A stretch of DNA of 64,000 bases, taken from positions 544,001 through 608,000 of the forward strand of contig CAWGBN010000008.1 in the NCBI GenBank assembly GCA_963820825.1. Direction: 5' to 3'. Below the pieces are notes generated by a model that was not told where the DNA came from, did no database searches, and worked only from the letters and a program-made list of their open reading frames with translations. The stretch is from Vulcanimicrobiota bacterium (GTDB taxonomy: Bacteria; Vulcanimicrobiota; Vulcanimicrobiia; Vulcanimicrobiales; Vulcanimicrobiaceae). Shown here in pieces: positions 1 through 8,523 of this stretch (position 1 is the stretch's first letter; the number at the start of each line of letters is the position of its first letter). Position numbers and translations under genes: made by a program.

Positions 1-258
1 TTCGCGCCTCGACGCTCGTCGATTACGCCGCGATCTGCGGCTGGGCGCTCGCGCGCGGACACGCCAAAGCCGGCGATCCGGCGACAATTGCCCGGATACT
101 TGGGAAAATCGGATCGCTTCGACGCCGCGATCGTGCGCTACGCGCACGCATATGCCGACCAAGTCGAGCGCGACTACGCGGCCTTCAAAGCGGCGATTGC
201 CGCCGGGCGCTTCTGCGTGGACACCGGGGAGTTCGCCGAGCCCGATTTTATTCCGTAG
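1..258 (+). CDS. DUF2252 family protein, 3' fragment (extends beyond window start; one apparent frameshift near 92)
   Basis: Manual translation gives YAAICGWALARGHAKAGD, then after an extra C gives GYLGKSDRFDAAIVRYAHAYADQVERDY, typical of the DUF2252 C-terminus; TAG at 256-258. Confidence 0.75.
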   Translation, partial: FAPRRSSITPRSAAGRSRADTPKPAIRRQLPGYLGKSDRFDAAIVRYAHAYADQVERDYAAFKAAIAAGRFCVDTGEFAEPDFIP

Positions 259-268
259 CCGTTGGTCT

Positions 269-601
269 TTAACTGAAGATCGCGGAGATCAAGGCCGCGA
301 TTCCGAGAATGGCGATCATCCCCGCAACGTACCCGGCCGACGAGCGCGGCGCTTCGGGATGGCGCCTGTGGAACTTGCGCAGCTCGAGCAGAAATAAGAA
401 AAGCGCGATCAATCCGAATGCGATCATCATAATCCCGATCACCTGCGGGCTTACGATGCCGCCGGGACCCGCCTTACGCGCGCGACCCTCGAAAAACTTA
501 TCGATCGTGAACCCAAAACTGATGAGCGTAAGCGACGTGCGAACCCACGCCAGCGTGGTTCGCTCGTAGGCGAGGCGCAAGTTGTCGATCGCGGCATCCA
601 T
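269..601 (-). CDS. DUF202/YidH family inner membrane protein
   Basis: LAYERTTLAWVRTSLTLISFGF motif and three hydrophobic segments. Confidence 0.85.
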   Translation of the reverse strand: MDAAIDNLRLAYERTTLAWVRTSLTLISFGFTIDKFFEGRARKAGPGGIVSPQVIGIMMIAFGLIALFLFLLELRKFHRRHPEAPRSSAGYVAGMIAILGIAALISAIFS

Positions 602-680
602 AACGCACGCTGCGGCGCTTCGGCCCTCGCATCCTGCCCTTGTTGACGACGCTGCCGGCGTGATAGAATTGTGTGCGCCG

Positions 681-872
681 ATGCCAATTCACGAAATCGT
701 GCTGCCCGAGACCAAGCCCGAGATCGAGCATCCGGCGTTGCCGGGCTTCTCCTACCCGTCCGCGACCTATTCGCGGTACTGCGCCGCGCCTAGTCTCCGA
801 CCGGCAGCATTGCGTCACACTTTCGGCGTCCCGAGCGTTGTAGCGCTCGGAACGAGGAGGCAGGATTCATGA
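681..872 (+). pseudogene. Possible 5' remnant of a Uma2-family endonuclease gene
   Basis: MPIHEIVLPETKPEIE resembles Uma2 N-termini as I recall them, then the sequence loses protein-like character; TGATAGAAT extended -10-like element at 661-669. Confidence 0.3.
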
Positions 873-1492
873 AGGCTCGACTGACCGCCGCCCTGTTGGC
901 GGCATTTTGCGCTCTCGCCGCGGTGGCCGCGCGTGCCGATGAAAATCCGACCTACACCGGCCCGCTCTCGCCGGCCGAGCAACAGTTCGTCGCCTCAGTC
1001 CAAAAAGATCTCATGGCGCGCTTCCCGCGCGTCGAGGACGCGCAGAAGGCCGGCTACATCCGCTACACCAGCCCCGACGATACCGGCGCGATCAGCTATG
1101 CCAACATGCAGTGGAATGCCGATCCGACGCACCCCAGCCAGCTCTGGTACGACAAAGACGGCAATCTGATGGGCGCCGACTTCTCGATACTGCGCCCGAA
1201 TAAGGAGCCGCGTCCGGAGCTCTGGGGCATCAATCCGGGGCGCTGGTATCAGTTCAACGGCCACGTGCACTACGTCGTCAACGACAACGGCAAGATCATC
1301 TACGACCAATGGATTTGGGATCAAGACTTCGTCGATGCCGGAGGCGACCTCGCGCACCCATCGGCGGATACCATCGTCAAGATCGGACGCGTGCCGAGCG
1401 CCACCTACATTACGACGATCTTTAATTTTCCGACCCAGTGGGATCTCATCGTCTGGCTCAAGCCTCACCTTCCGAACGCGTTCCACTGGTAA
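869..1492 (+). CDS. Secreted hypothetical protein
   Basis: GAGGAGG RBS; Sec signal peptide ending ARA; coding-like codon usage. Confidence 0.8.
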   Translation: MKARLTAALLAAFCALAAVAARADENPTYTGPLSPAEQQFVASVQKDLMARFPRVEDAQKAGYIRYTSPDDTGAISYANMQWNADPTHPSQLWYDKDGNLMGADFSILRPNKEPRPELWGINPGRWYQFNGHVHYVVNDNGKIIYDQWIWDQDFVDAGGDLAHPSADTIVKIGRVPSATYITTIFNFPTQWDLIVWLKPHLPNAFHW

Positions 1493-1533
1493 AGCGGCGC
1501 AGCTTCTCCGGAGTCGCCGCGGCCGGAACCTTG

Positions 1534-1574
1534 TGTCATCCTGAACGCAGCCGCGTAGCGGCGAAGTCGAAGGG
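1534..1574 (+). repeat. REP-like palindromic repeat, long form
   Basis: TGTCATCCTGAACG-GCCGC/GCGGC hairpin-AAGTCGAAGGG, between convergent genes. Confidence 0.85.
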
Positions 1575-1592
1575 CGAAGGTTTAGCGGTTCT

Positions 1593-2495
1593 CTAGTTTG
1601 CAGCTTCTCGCTCGATGACCGCTTGGGCGAGGGCGGCGGGATCGCCGACGAGATCGATCGTGGTGATGCGATCGTCTTCTATCGTAAAGCGAAATGCGAC
1701 GCGCAGTTCGCGTTCGTGCATCCAAACCGCACCCGGTCTGCCGTCGATCAACACCGGCTGCGCGGCATTTGCGCGTCCGGCGAACGTCCGCGCGACGGAA
1801 TCCGCGCCCTCGATGCCGGACTGCAGCCGGTCGGTCTGCCAGTACTGCGCGCCGCCCATCGCTACCACCGCCGCGTCCGCGCGCAGCGTCGCTCGCGGAT
1901 CGAGCAGCGCGAGCAGCGCGGAGAAGTTCCCCGCCCGCGACGCTTCAAGAAAGGCGCGCACGAGTTCGTCGTGCCGCTGCGTCACGGTGTCGTGCACGGC
2001 TGCGCCGCGTACGCGCCGGCGCGCGCGGCTGGCGAGTTGGCGCGCCGCCTCCGGCGTCCTTCCGACGACGGCGGCGATGTTATCGAAGGGTACGTCGAAC
2101 ATATCGTGCAGCACGAATGCAACGCGCTCGGCCGGGGGCAGCGCATCGAGCAGAATCAGCAAGGCCGCGCCGATCGAATCGGCGAGCATCGCTTCTTCCT
2201 CCGGGCGTTCGCCGGGGGCGATCGCGGCAAGATCGCGGCGCGGATCGTCCGCCGTCAGCTCCTCGCGCCGGCTCATCCGGCGTTTCAGCACATCGAGACA
2301 GACGCGTGCGACGACGGTCGTGAGCCAGCCTTCGAGATTCGCAACGCTCGCAACGTCCGCGCGGCTGACGCGCAGCCAGCTCTCCTGCAGCGCGTCGTCG
2401 GATTCGGCCGCCGATCCCAACATGCGCTGCGCGATGCGCCGCAAGCGAGGCCGCGCCGCCTCAAAGCGCTCTGCGAGCCACTGCGCTTGCTCCAA
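1593..2495 (-). CDS. ECF sigma-70 factor with C-terminal SnoaL-like domain (ECF41/SigJ-like)
   Basis: Region 2 RMLGSAAESDDALQESWLR, region 4 ERVAFVLHDMF..RQLASRARRRV, C-terminal extension; TTG start with GGAGGTG RBS. Confidence 0.9.
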   Translation of the reverse strand: MEQAQWLAERFEAARPRLRRIAQRMLGSAAESDDALQESWLRVSRADVASVANLEGWLTTVVARVCLDVLKRRMSRREELTADDPRRDLAAIAPGERPEEEAMLADSIGAALLILLDALPPAERVAFVLHDMFDVPFDNIAAVVGRTPEAARQLASRARRRVRGAAVHDTVTQRHDELVRAFLEASRAGNFSALLALLDPRATLRADAAVVAMGGAQYWQTDRLQSGIEGADSVARTFAGRANAAQPVLIDGRPGAVWMHERELRVAFRFTIEDDRITTIDLVGDPAALAQAVIEREAAN

Positions 2496-2517
2496 CCATC
2501 CACCTCCCGGCGACGCC

Positions 2518-2545
2518 CGTCACGATTTACCGCACTCGATCCGTC
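2518..2545 (+). promoter_or_regulatory. Putative ECF41-type promoter for the VOC gene
   Basis: CGTCACG-17 nt-CGTC versus the ECF41 consensus TGTCACA-about 16 nt-CGTC, adjacent to the sigma gene. Confidence 0.6.
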
Positions 2546-2570
2546 ATAGAGATGGAAGGAGAATCACATC

Positions 2571-2915
2571 TTGAAGAACGTCTCGCTCATCATCTACTCG
2601 GCAACCGATATGACCGCGGCAAAGCGATTCTTTCGCGAGCTCAACGGCAGCGACCCCTACGCCGATTCACCCCAATACGTCGGCTATAAGTGCGGCGACA
2701 TGGAGATTGGGCTCGTTCCCAGAGCAGCGACGACGGACGCCGGAGCGCTCGCCTACTGGACCGTCGACGACATCGCGGAGAGCGTAAAAGCGCTCGTCGC
2801 CGCGGGCGGCACCGTCGTGCAAGACGTTAAAGACGTCGCCTACGGCCTGCTCGTCGCCAGCGTCAAAGATCTCAACGGCTCGATCGTCGGACTACGGCAA
2901 TTCCCGAAGGGCTAA
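2571..2915 (+). CDS. VOC/glyoxalase family protein
   Basis: YWTVDDIAESVKALVAAGGTV..VKDLNGSIVGL; AAGGAG RBS. Confidence 0.85.
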   Translation: MKNVSLIIYSATDMTAAKRFFRELNGSDPYADSPQYVGYKCGDMEIGLVPRAATTDAGALAYWTVDDIAESVKALVAAGGTVVQDVKDVAYGLLVASVKDLNGSIVGLRQFPKG

Positions 2916-2961
2916 GGGCGCGTGCCGAGGGCGGGCGGCAGTAGAACCGAATAGCGGTTCC

Positions 2962-5664
2962 ATGGGCCATCCGTCAGGAACGGTGACGTTTCTGTTCTCG
3001 GATATCGAGGGCAGCACGCAGCGATGGGAACGCGATACGGAGGCGATGTCGGCGGCGTTGAAACGCCACGATACGCTCATGCGCGAGGCAATCGAAGCGC
3101 ACGGCGGCTACGTATTCAAGGTCATCGGCGACGCCTTCTGCGCCGCTTTCTCCACCGCGCCCGGGGCGCTCGCGGCGGCGGTTCACGCACAGCGGTCGCT
3201 GACGGCCGCGGATTTCTCGGGCGTCGGTGGATTGCGCGTGCGCATGGCGATGCACACCGGCGACGCCGAGGAGCGCGACGGCGATTACTTCGGCCCAAGC
3301 GTCAACCGCGTCGCGCGGCTGCTCGCAATCGGTCACGGCGGTCAGGTGCTCGTCTCCGGCACGACGCGCGATCTGCTGCACGACGCGTTGGCGCCCGACC
3401 ACGATCTGCGCGATCTCGGTCTACACGGACTCAAAGATCTCTCCCGCGCCGAGCACGTCTTTCAAGTGCACGCGCCGCAGCTCGACGACGTCTTTCCGAC
3501 GCTTCAATCGCTCGAGCGGCTGCCGAATAATCTCCCCACGCAGCTCACCTCATTCGTCGGCCGCGAAGAGGACGTTGCGGAGATCGCGACGCTGCTGCAG
3601 CGCGGTCCGCTCGTCACGCTCGCCGGTCCCGGCGGCGTCGGCAAGACGCGCTGCGCGCTCCAAGCCGGTGCCGAACTGCTCGACGAGTTCGACGACGGCG
3701 TCTGGTTAATTGACCTCGCGCCGCTCGCCGATGCGACGTTGGTGACGGGAACGATCGCGCAGACGCTCGGCGTGCGCGAAACGGCGAATCGGCCGCTGCT
3801 CGAAACGGTCACCGAACACCTCGCCTCGCGCCAACTCCTCTTGATCAAGGACAACTGCGAGCACGTGATCGACGAAGCGCGCAACGTCACCGTCGAGATC
3901 CTGCGCCATTGCCCGCAGGTTCGCGTCGTCGCGACGAGCCGCGAACCGTTCAACGTCGGCGGCGAACAGACGCTGCGCCTTGCCTCGCTCGGAATACGAG
4001 ACTCGATCGCGCTCTTCGCCGACCGCGCCCGTTCGGCCGATCCCCGCTTTGCGCTGACCGATGCGAACCTGGATTCGGTCACGGCGATTGCGACGCGACT
4101 CGACGGAATGCCCCTGGCGATCGAGCTCGCCGCCGCGCGCGTGCGCGTGCTCTCGCCCGAACAGATCGCGCAGCGTCTCGACGAGCGCTTCCGCATGCTC
4201 ACCGGCGGCGATCGCAGCGCGCTGCCGCGCCGCCAGACCCTGCGCGCGATGCTCGATTGGAGCTACGATCTGCTCGGCGAACGCGACCGCGCGCTCTTTC
4301 GCCGGCTCTCGATCTTCGCCGGTAGCTTCGACGTTGCCGCCGCGACTGCGGTCTGCAGTGTGCCCGGCGAGATCGACGAGTGGGACGTGCTCGACGAGCT
4401 CACCGCGCTGGTCGATAAGTCGCTGGTCATCGCCGAGCCGCAGGGCGACGAGTTACGCTATCGTCTGCTCCAGTCGATGCGCGAGTACGCTCTCGAACGC
4501 TTGCGTGAGGCACGCGAGGAAGAGGAACTTGCAGAACGCCACGCGCGTTGGTACGCGCAGTTCGCGGCGAATCTCCGAACCTTCGTCGACGAGCTGGAAG
4601 ACGAACGCTGGAAACGCCTCTGCGTCGAGGACTTAGACAACATTCGGGCGGCCGTCGACTGGGCGCTCGTGCGCCGTAACGATCCGGCCGCCGGCATCGG
4701 CTTGCTCTCACACCTCGAGTGGCCGGAGATTCTCACCACGCCGCAAGAGGCGTTGCGCTGGTACGAACGTGCGGCGCTAGAGGCCGATGCGATGCCCGAT
4801 GCCGTCGCGCATGCGCGCATTCTGCGCCACTACATTTCGCTGCAGTGGCTGACGGGGCGTCCGCTCGCGGATCGTACCGCAACCGCCGAACGTGCCGTCG
4901 AGGCTGCAAAAGCCGGCGACAGCGACGACGAAATCGCGCGCGCGCTGGCAAATCTCGGCACCTGTTATAATTTCGGCGGTCAAACCGACGAAGCCGAGGC
5001 CGCATTCGTCGAGGCCTACGCGAACCCGGAGCGCTTATCTCGCCTGACACGCAACGCGGTGCTGCGGAGCTGGGCCGTGAACGATTTTCAACGCGGCGAC
5101 GTCGAGTCGGCGCATCGGCGCTTCTTGGAAGTGGCGCGTTCCGAACGCCCGGGAAGCGAAGCGCACGCAAGCGCGTGGCTAAACTTAGCCGAGCTCGAGT
5201 TTGCGAGGGGCAGCGTCGAAGCGGCGCGGGATGCGGCCCGTCGAGCCAGTGAAACGTACGCTGCGGTGGGTTCGAACCTTCTCATATTGGTGCTCTCGAA
5301 TCTGGCCGCCTATGCCATGGCCGCCGACGACCTCGACGACGCGCGAACGCGGCTGCGGGAGGCGCTGGCGATCCGGCACGGATCGGACCGCTGGCAGGTT
5401 ACCATTCTCGACCACCACGCGCTCTTGGCCGCGCTGCAAGGCGACCGCCGGCGCGGAGCGATGCTGCTCGGATTTACCGATGCGCACTATCGCGCCCGGG
5501 GCGAAGTGCGTCAAAGCACCGAACGGCGCGGCCGCGAACGCCTCGTTCTACTACTGGCGGAGGCCTTTGAAAACGGCGAGCTCGAGCGATTGAGCAAGAC
5601 CGGCGAGGGTTTAACCGTGGAAGAGGCCCTCGCTAGCGCCGCGGCGATACATGATCCTAAATAG
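2962..5664 (+). CDS. Class III adenylate/guanylate cyclase - STAND (NB-ARC-like) ATPase - TPR protein
   Basis: FLFSDIEGST, KVIGDAF, DYFGPSVNRVARL; Walker A GPGGVGKT, DNCEH, LDGMPLAIELAA; helical-repeat C-terminus. Confidence 0.92.
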   Translation: MGHPSGTVTFLFSDIEGSTQRWERDTEAMSAALKRHDTLMREAIEAHGGYVFKVIGDAFCAAFSTAPGALAAAVHAQRSLTAADFSGVGGLRVRMAMHTGDAEERDGDYFGPSVNRVARLLAIGHGGQVLVSGTTRDLLHDALAPDHDLRDLGLHGLKDLSRAEHVFQVHAPQLDDVFPTLQSLERLPNNLPTQLTSFVGREEDVAEIATLLQRGPLVTLAGPGGVGKTRCALQAGAELLDEFDDGVWLIDLAPLADATLVTGTIAQTLGVRETANRPLLETVTEHLASRQLLLIKDNCEHVIDEARNVTVEILRHCPQVRVVATSREPFNVGGEQTLRLASLGIRDSIALFADRARSADPRFALTDANLDSVTAIATRLDGMPLAIELAAARVRVLSPEQIAQRLDERFRMLTGGDRSALPRRQTLRAMLDWSYDLLGERDRALFRRLSIFAGSFDVAAATAVCSVPGEIDEWDVLDELTALVDKSLVIAEPQGDELRYRLLQSMREYALERLREAREEEELAERHARWYAQFAANLRTFVDELEDERWKRLCVEDLDNIRAAVDWALVRRNDPAAGIGLLSHLEWPEILTTPQEALRWYERAALEADAMPDAVAHARILRHYISLQWLTGRPLADRTATAERAVEAAKAGDSDDEIARALANLGTCYNFGGQTDEAEAAFVEAYANPERLSRLTRNAVLRSWAVNDFQRGDVESAHRRFLEVARSERPGSEAHASAWLNLAELEFARGSVEAARDAARRASETYAAVGSNLLILVLSNLAAYAMAADDLDDARTRLREALAIRHGSDRWQVTILDHHALLAALQGDRRRGAMLLGFTDAHYRARGEVRQSTERRGRERLVLLLAEAFENGELERLSKTGEGLTVEEALASAAAIHDPK

Positions 5665-5680
5665 AAAGGACGGTGCACCA

Positions 5681-5866
5681 ATGTCCGACGTTAAATCGGA
5701 GGTCGCGAAGCTCATCGAGGAACATCGGCACACGCTCGAAGCGCTCCATAGTAAGCTCTCAACGATGGCGGGAGTCGACAAGGAGCGGCTGTCGCGAGCC
5801 GTAGACAAATTGAAATCCGCTCATGTAAAGTTTGCCGAAGACGCGCAGGAATTCGTCGTACACTAA
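5681..5866 (+). CDS. Small helical hypothetical protein (61 aa)
   Basis: AGAAAGGA RBS, amphipathic helices, fills the gap directly after the STAND gene. Confidence 0.7.
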   Translation: MSDVKSEVAKLIEEHRHTLEALHSKLSTMAGVDKERLSRAVDKLKSAHVKFAEDAQEFVVH

Positions 5867-5870
5867 CCGC

Positions 5871-7391
5871 TTAAGCGCCTTTTCCGGCCAGTACGGATTC
5901 GAGCACGGCTCCGACCGGTACCCCTAAGCCGACGCACGGGTTCCATCCCGGCGCGGCTTTGTACCGGTCGCTGCTGCCCGACGTCAATTCGCGAAACGCG
6001 TGGCTTGCCTTCACGTCGTACAGAAGCGGCGCAAAGAATCCCAGCGAACGACCGAGGCGCTGCGATAGACGCGCCGTCAACGCCGCCCACATCGGCGCAA
6101 CCGCGCTCGTTCCGCCCATTGCAAATGCCTTTCCGTTGAAATAGACGCGATAGCCGGGCGTCGCGTTCGCGGCAAAATCGGGAATGCCGCGCCCGGGTTT
6201 GGTTTTATACGCAGCGGCGACCGCCGCTGCATTGCGTTGCCACGGCGGAACGGCGAAGCGATCGCTGAATCCGCCGCCGGCCTGCGGCCAGACGATCTCG
6301 GAGCCGTCGCCGGCGATTTGCGTTCCGCCGCAGGTGTGCGCGAACGGACTCGACGCCGGCGCGAGCACGTGCGCCGTTCCGTCGGGATCGAGTTCGGCGC
6401 CGTTATCGCCCGAGGCGCAGAAAATGCTCACTCCCGCGAGCGCGGCGACGGTAAAGAGATCGTCGAGAATCGTCAATGCCGACGGCGTCCACAAGTACTC
6501 TGGAAATCCGAAGCTGACCGAGAGAATCGTGGGATTATGGTCGGTGTCGAAAATGGCATGGCGAATCGCGTCGAGCACTCCGCGCTCGTCGTCGGGCGCC
6601 GCGTAGATGACGAGCTGCGCGCCGGGCGCGAGCGCGCCGGCGATCTGCGTATCGATCGCCGATTCGAGATCTTTCGCCGTTTCGATGCCGTGCCGCAGTT
6701 CGGCATTGTCGATGCGCTTGACGATCGGCTTCTTCGCAGCGACGCCTTGGCTCTTCATGCACGCCGCGAAGTCGTCGGGCCGAAACTCTCCGCGCAGCTG
6801 CACGATCGCGATCGTCTGCCCCGAACCGTCGGCGTCGGGGAATCCATAGCGCGTAACGATATCTTTTGCCGAAGGGGGCACCACGTGCGGCTGCATTTGC
6901 CCGATCGCATGCGAGCGCGGCCATTGATGGATGCCGAAGACGCCTTGCACGACCGCCGCAATCTCGGGCGGCGCGTGCAGCGATTTCGAGCGATGGCGGA
7001 AGCGCCGCTTATCTTCGAGCTCGTAGATTCCGGCGGTCGCACCGAAAGCTTTGACCAGCTCCTGAATCGAGCCCATCAGCGTGGCTGCGCGCCAATGCGA
7101 CGAGACGATCTCGATTCCGAACCGTTTGCAATACCGGCCCAAGAGCTCGAGGTCGTCGGGATCGGCACCGGTCTGCTCTTCGAGCTCCGCGCGATCCGCA
7201 TACGCGCGCTTCGCCGGCAGGGTTGATCCCAGCTCGATCGCTCGCTGCACGTCGACCTTTCCGCCGCGCCGCGGGCGCAGCCACGCCGTTAGCCACGCGT
7301 TCGCGGACGAAAGCTCGCCTACCGGTGTCGCCCCCGGCCACACCGGGCGCTCCGTCTGCGGAATCGGAACCCGTTCTGATTTCTCTGTCAT
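5871..7391 (-). CDS. S53 family peptidase (kumamolisin-like) with prodomain
   Basis: ESAID (ExxxD), ASGDNG and GGTSAVAP catalytic motifs; GWNPCVGLG; no signal peptide; start codon uncertain. Confidence 0.92.
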   Translation of the reverse strand: MTEKSERVPIPQTERPVWPGATPVGELSSANAWLTAWLRPRRGGKVDVQRAIELGSTLPAKRAYADRAELEEQTGADPDDLELLGRYCKRFGIEIVSSHWRAATLMGSIQELVKAFGATAGIYELEDKRRFRHRSKSLHAPPEIAAVVQGVFGIHQWPRSHAIGQMQPHVVPPSAKDIVTRYGFPDADGSGQTIAIVQLRGEFRPDDFAACMKSQGVAAKKPIVKRIDNAELRHGIETAKDLESAIDTQIAGALAPGAQLVIYAAPDDERGVLDAIRHAIFDTDHNPTILSVSFGFPEYLWTPSALTILDDLFTVAALAGVSIFCASGDNGAELDPDGTAHVLAPASSPFAHTCGGTQIAGDGSEIVWPQAGGGFSDRFAVPPWQRNAAAVAAAYKTKPGRGIPDFAANATPGYRVYFNGKAFAMGGTSAVAPMWAALTARLSQRLGRSLGFFAPLLYDVKASHAFRELTSGSSDRYKAAPGWNPCVGLGVPVGAVLESVLAGKGA

Positions 7392-7412
7392 CCTGAGCCT
7401 GTCGAAGGATGA
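7386..7412 (+). repeat. REP-like repeat, short form, overlapping the predicted S53 start codon
   Basis: TGTCATCCTGAGCCTGTCGAAGGATGA. Confidence 0.85.
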
Positions 7413-7428
7413 TTCGCCGCTTTTTCGC

Positions 7429-8421
7429 TTATGCCGTCCTCTTGATCATTCCGAAGGTTGCGGAGGCGATGCCGACGACGGTCGCGATGATTCCGAGCCA
7501 CTGCGGAATCCCGGCGACGGTGAGGAACAGCGGCGTTACCGCGACTCGCTCGAATTGCGAGTACGCGATTCCCCGCGAAACGGTGCGGCACGCTTTCGCA
7601 TCGCCCTTCACCAATTCGTACTCGCTGCGCAGGTAGAGCAGTTGCGAGCCGTCATTCTTCGGCGTAATGATCCAGCTCCACTCATAATGCTGGCCCGTTT
7701 GGCCGGGCACGATGGTAATCGGGTCGTCGTCGCCGTTCACCTGATCGAATTCGGGCGATCCCAACCGAGCGGTCAGCTTTAGGGTGCAGTTCGGCACCAA
7801 ATGATTCGTTGGGCTGGCAAATGCCGGAAAGCGGTTCGGGTCGGGAAGGTACCCCGGCTCCGCATGCACGATGAGCTGAAGATACTGCGACTCGCCGACC
7901 GTAAAACGCGTGCCGACGGACGGCTCGAACCAGACGTAGGTGTCTTTCCGCGCGCAGGTTCCATTCGTCAACCGATCGCTCATGCAGAGATTCGTATATG
8001 GAAACGTTCCGCTCTCGAGGCGTACGATATATTCGTGTGCGATGAAGGACGTGATCGAGAAGACGCCCGACCCGATGATCAGGGCGAGGCCGATTCTCAC
8101 GTACGCCGGTTTGTAACCCGGCACCGGCACCAAGAGCACGCCGATGATGATGAGCGTCGTGATTCCGATTCCGGCGGTGAACGCTAAGAGCTGAACGGCA
8201 TTGAGGGAAGCGTGGTGGCTCGTCAGCACGACGCGGTCGTGCACGAGCAATCCGAGTCCGGCAGCGATAAGAAATGCCGCCGTAAAAAGCGCGCCTCTCC
8301 AATGCGGCCGGACGTGCGCAAGCCGCCAGGCAAGCAGACCGAGCAGTGCAAATGTCGACATCGCAACGACCGCGGCGAAGACGTTGACGTCGGTCTGGCT
8401 TACCGGAACGATCCCTTGCAT
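7429..8421 (-). CDS. Hypothetical membrane protein (4 N-terminal TM segments, soluble domain, C-terminal TM)
   Basis: Hydrophobic segments; GAGGTGAG RBS; EWSWIITPKNDGSQLL motif. Confidence 0.75.
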   Translation of the reverse strand: MQGIVPVSQTDVNVFAAVVAMSTFALLGLLAWRLAHVRPHWRGALFTAAFLIAAGLGLLVHDRVVLTSHHASLNAVQLLAFTAGIGITTLIIIGVLLVPVPGYKPAYVRIGLALIIGSGVFSITSFIAHEYIVRLESGTFPYTNLCMSDRLTNGTCARKDTYVWFEPSVGTRFTVGESQYLQLIVHAEPGYLPDPNRFPAFASPTNHLVPNCTLKLTARLGSPEFDQVNGDDDPITIVPGQTGQHYEWSWIITPKNDGSQLLYLRSEYELVKGDAKACRTVSRGIAYSQFERVAVTPLFLTVAGIPQWLGIIATVVGIASATFGMIKRTA

Positions 8422-8523
8422 CACTCACCTCACCTCGGATGGTTGGTCGGTCGAGGCTAAGTATAGTCAAGGCGGCAAATGCCAAGCAAGAGGTCGCGGC
8501 CAGCGTGAAGCGCTTCGCGCCGA

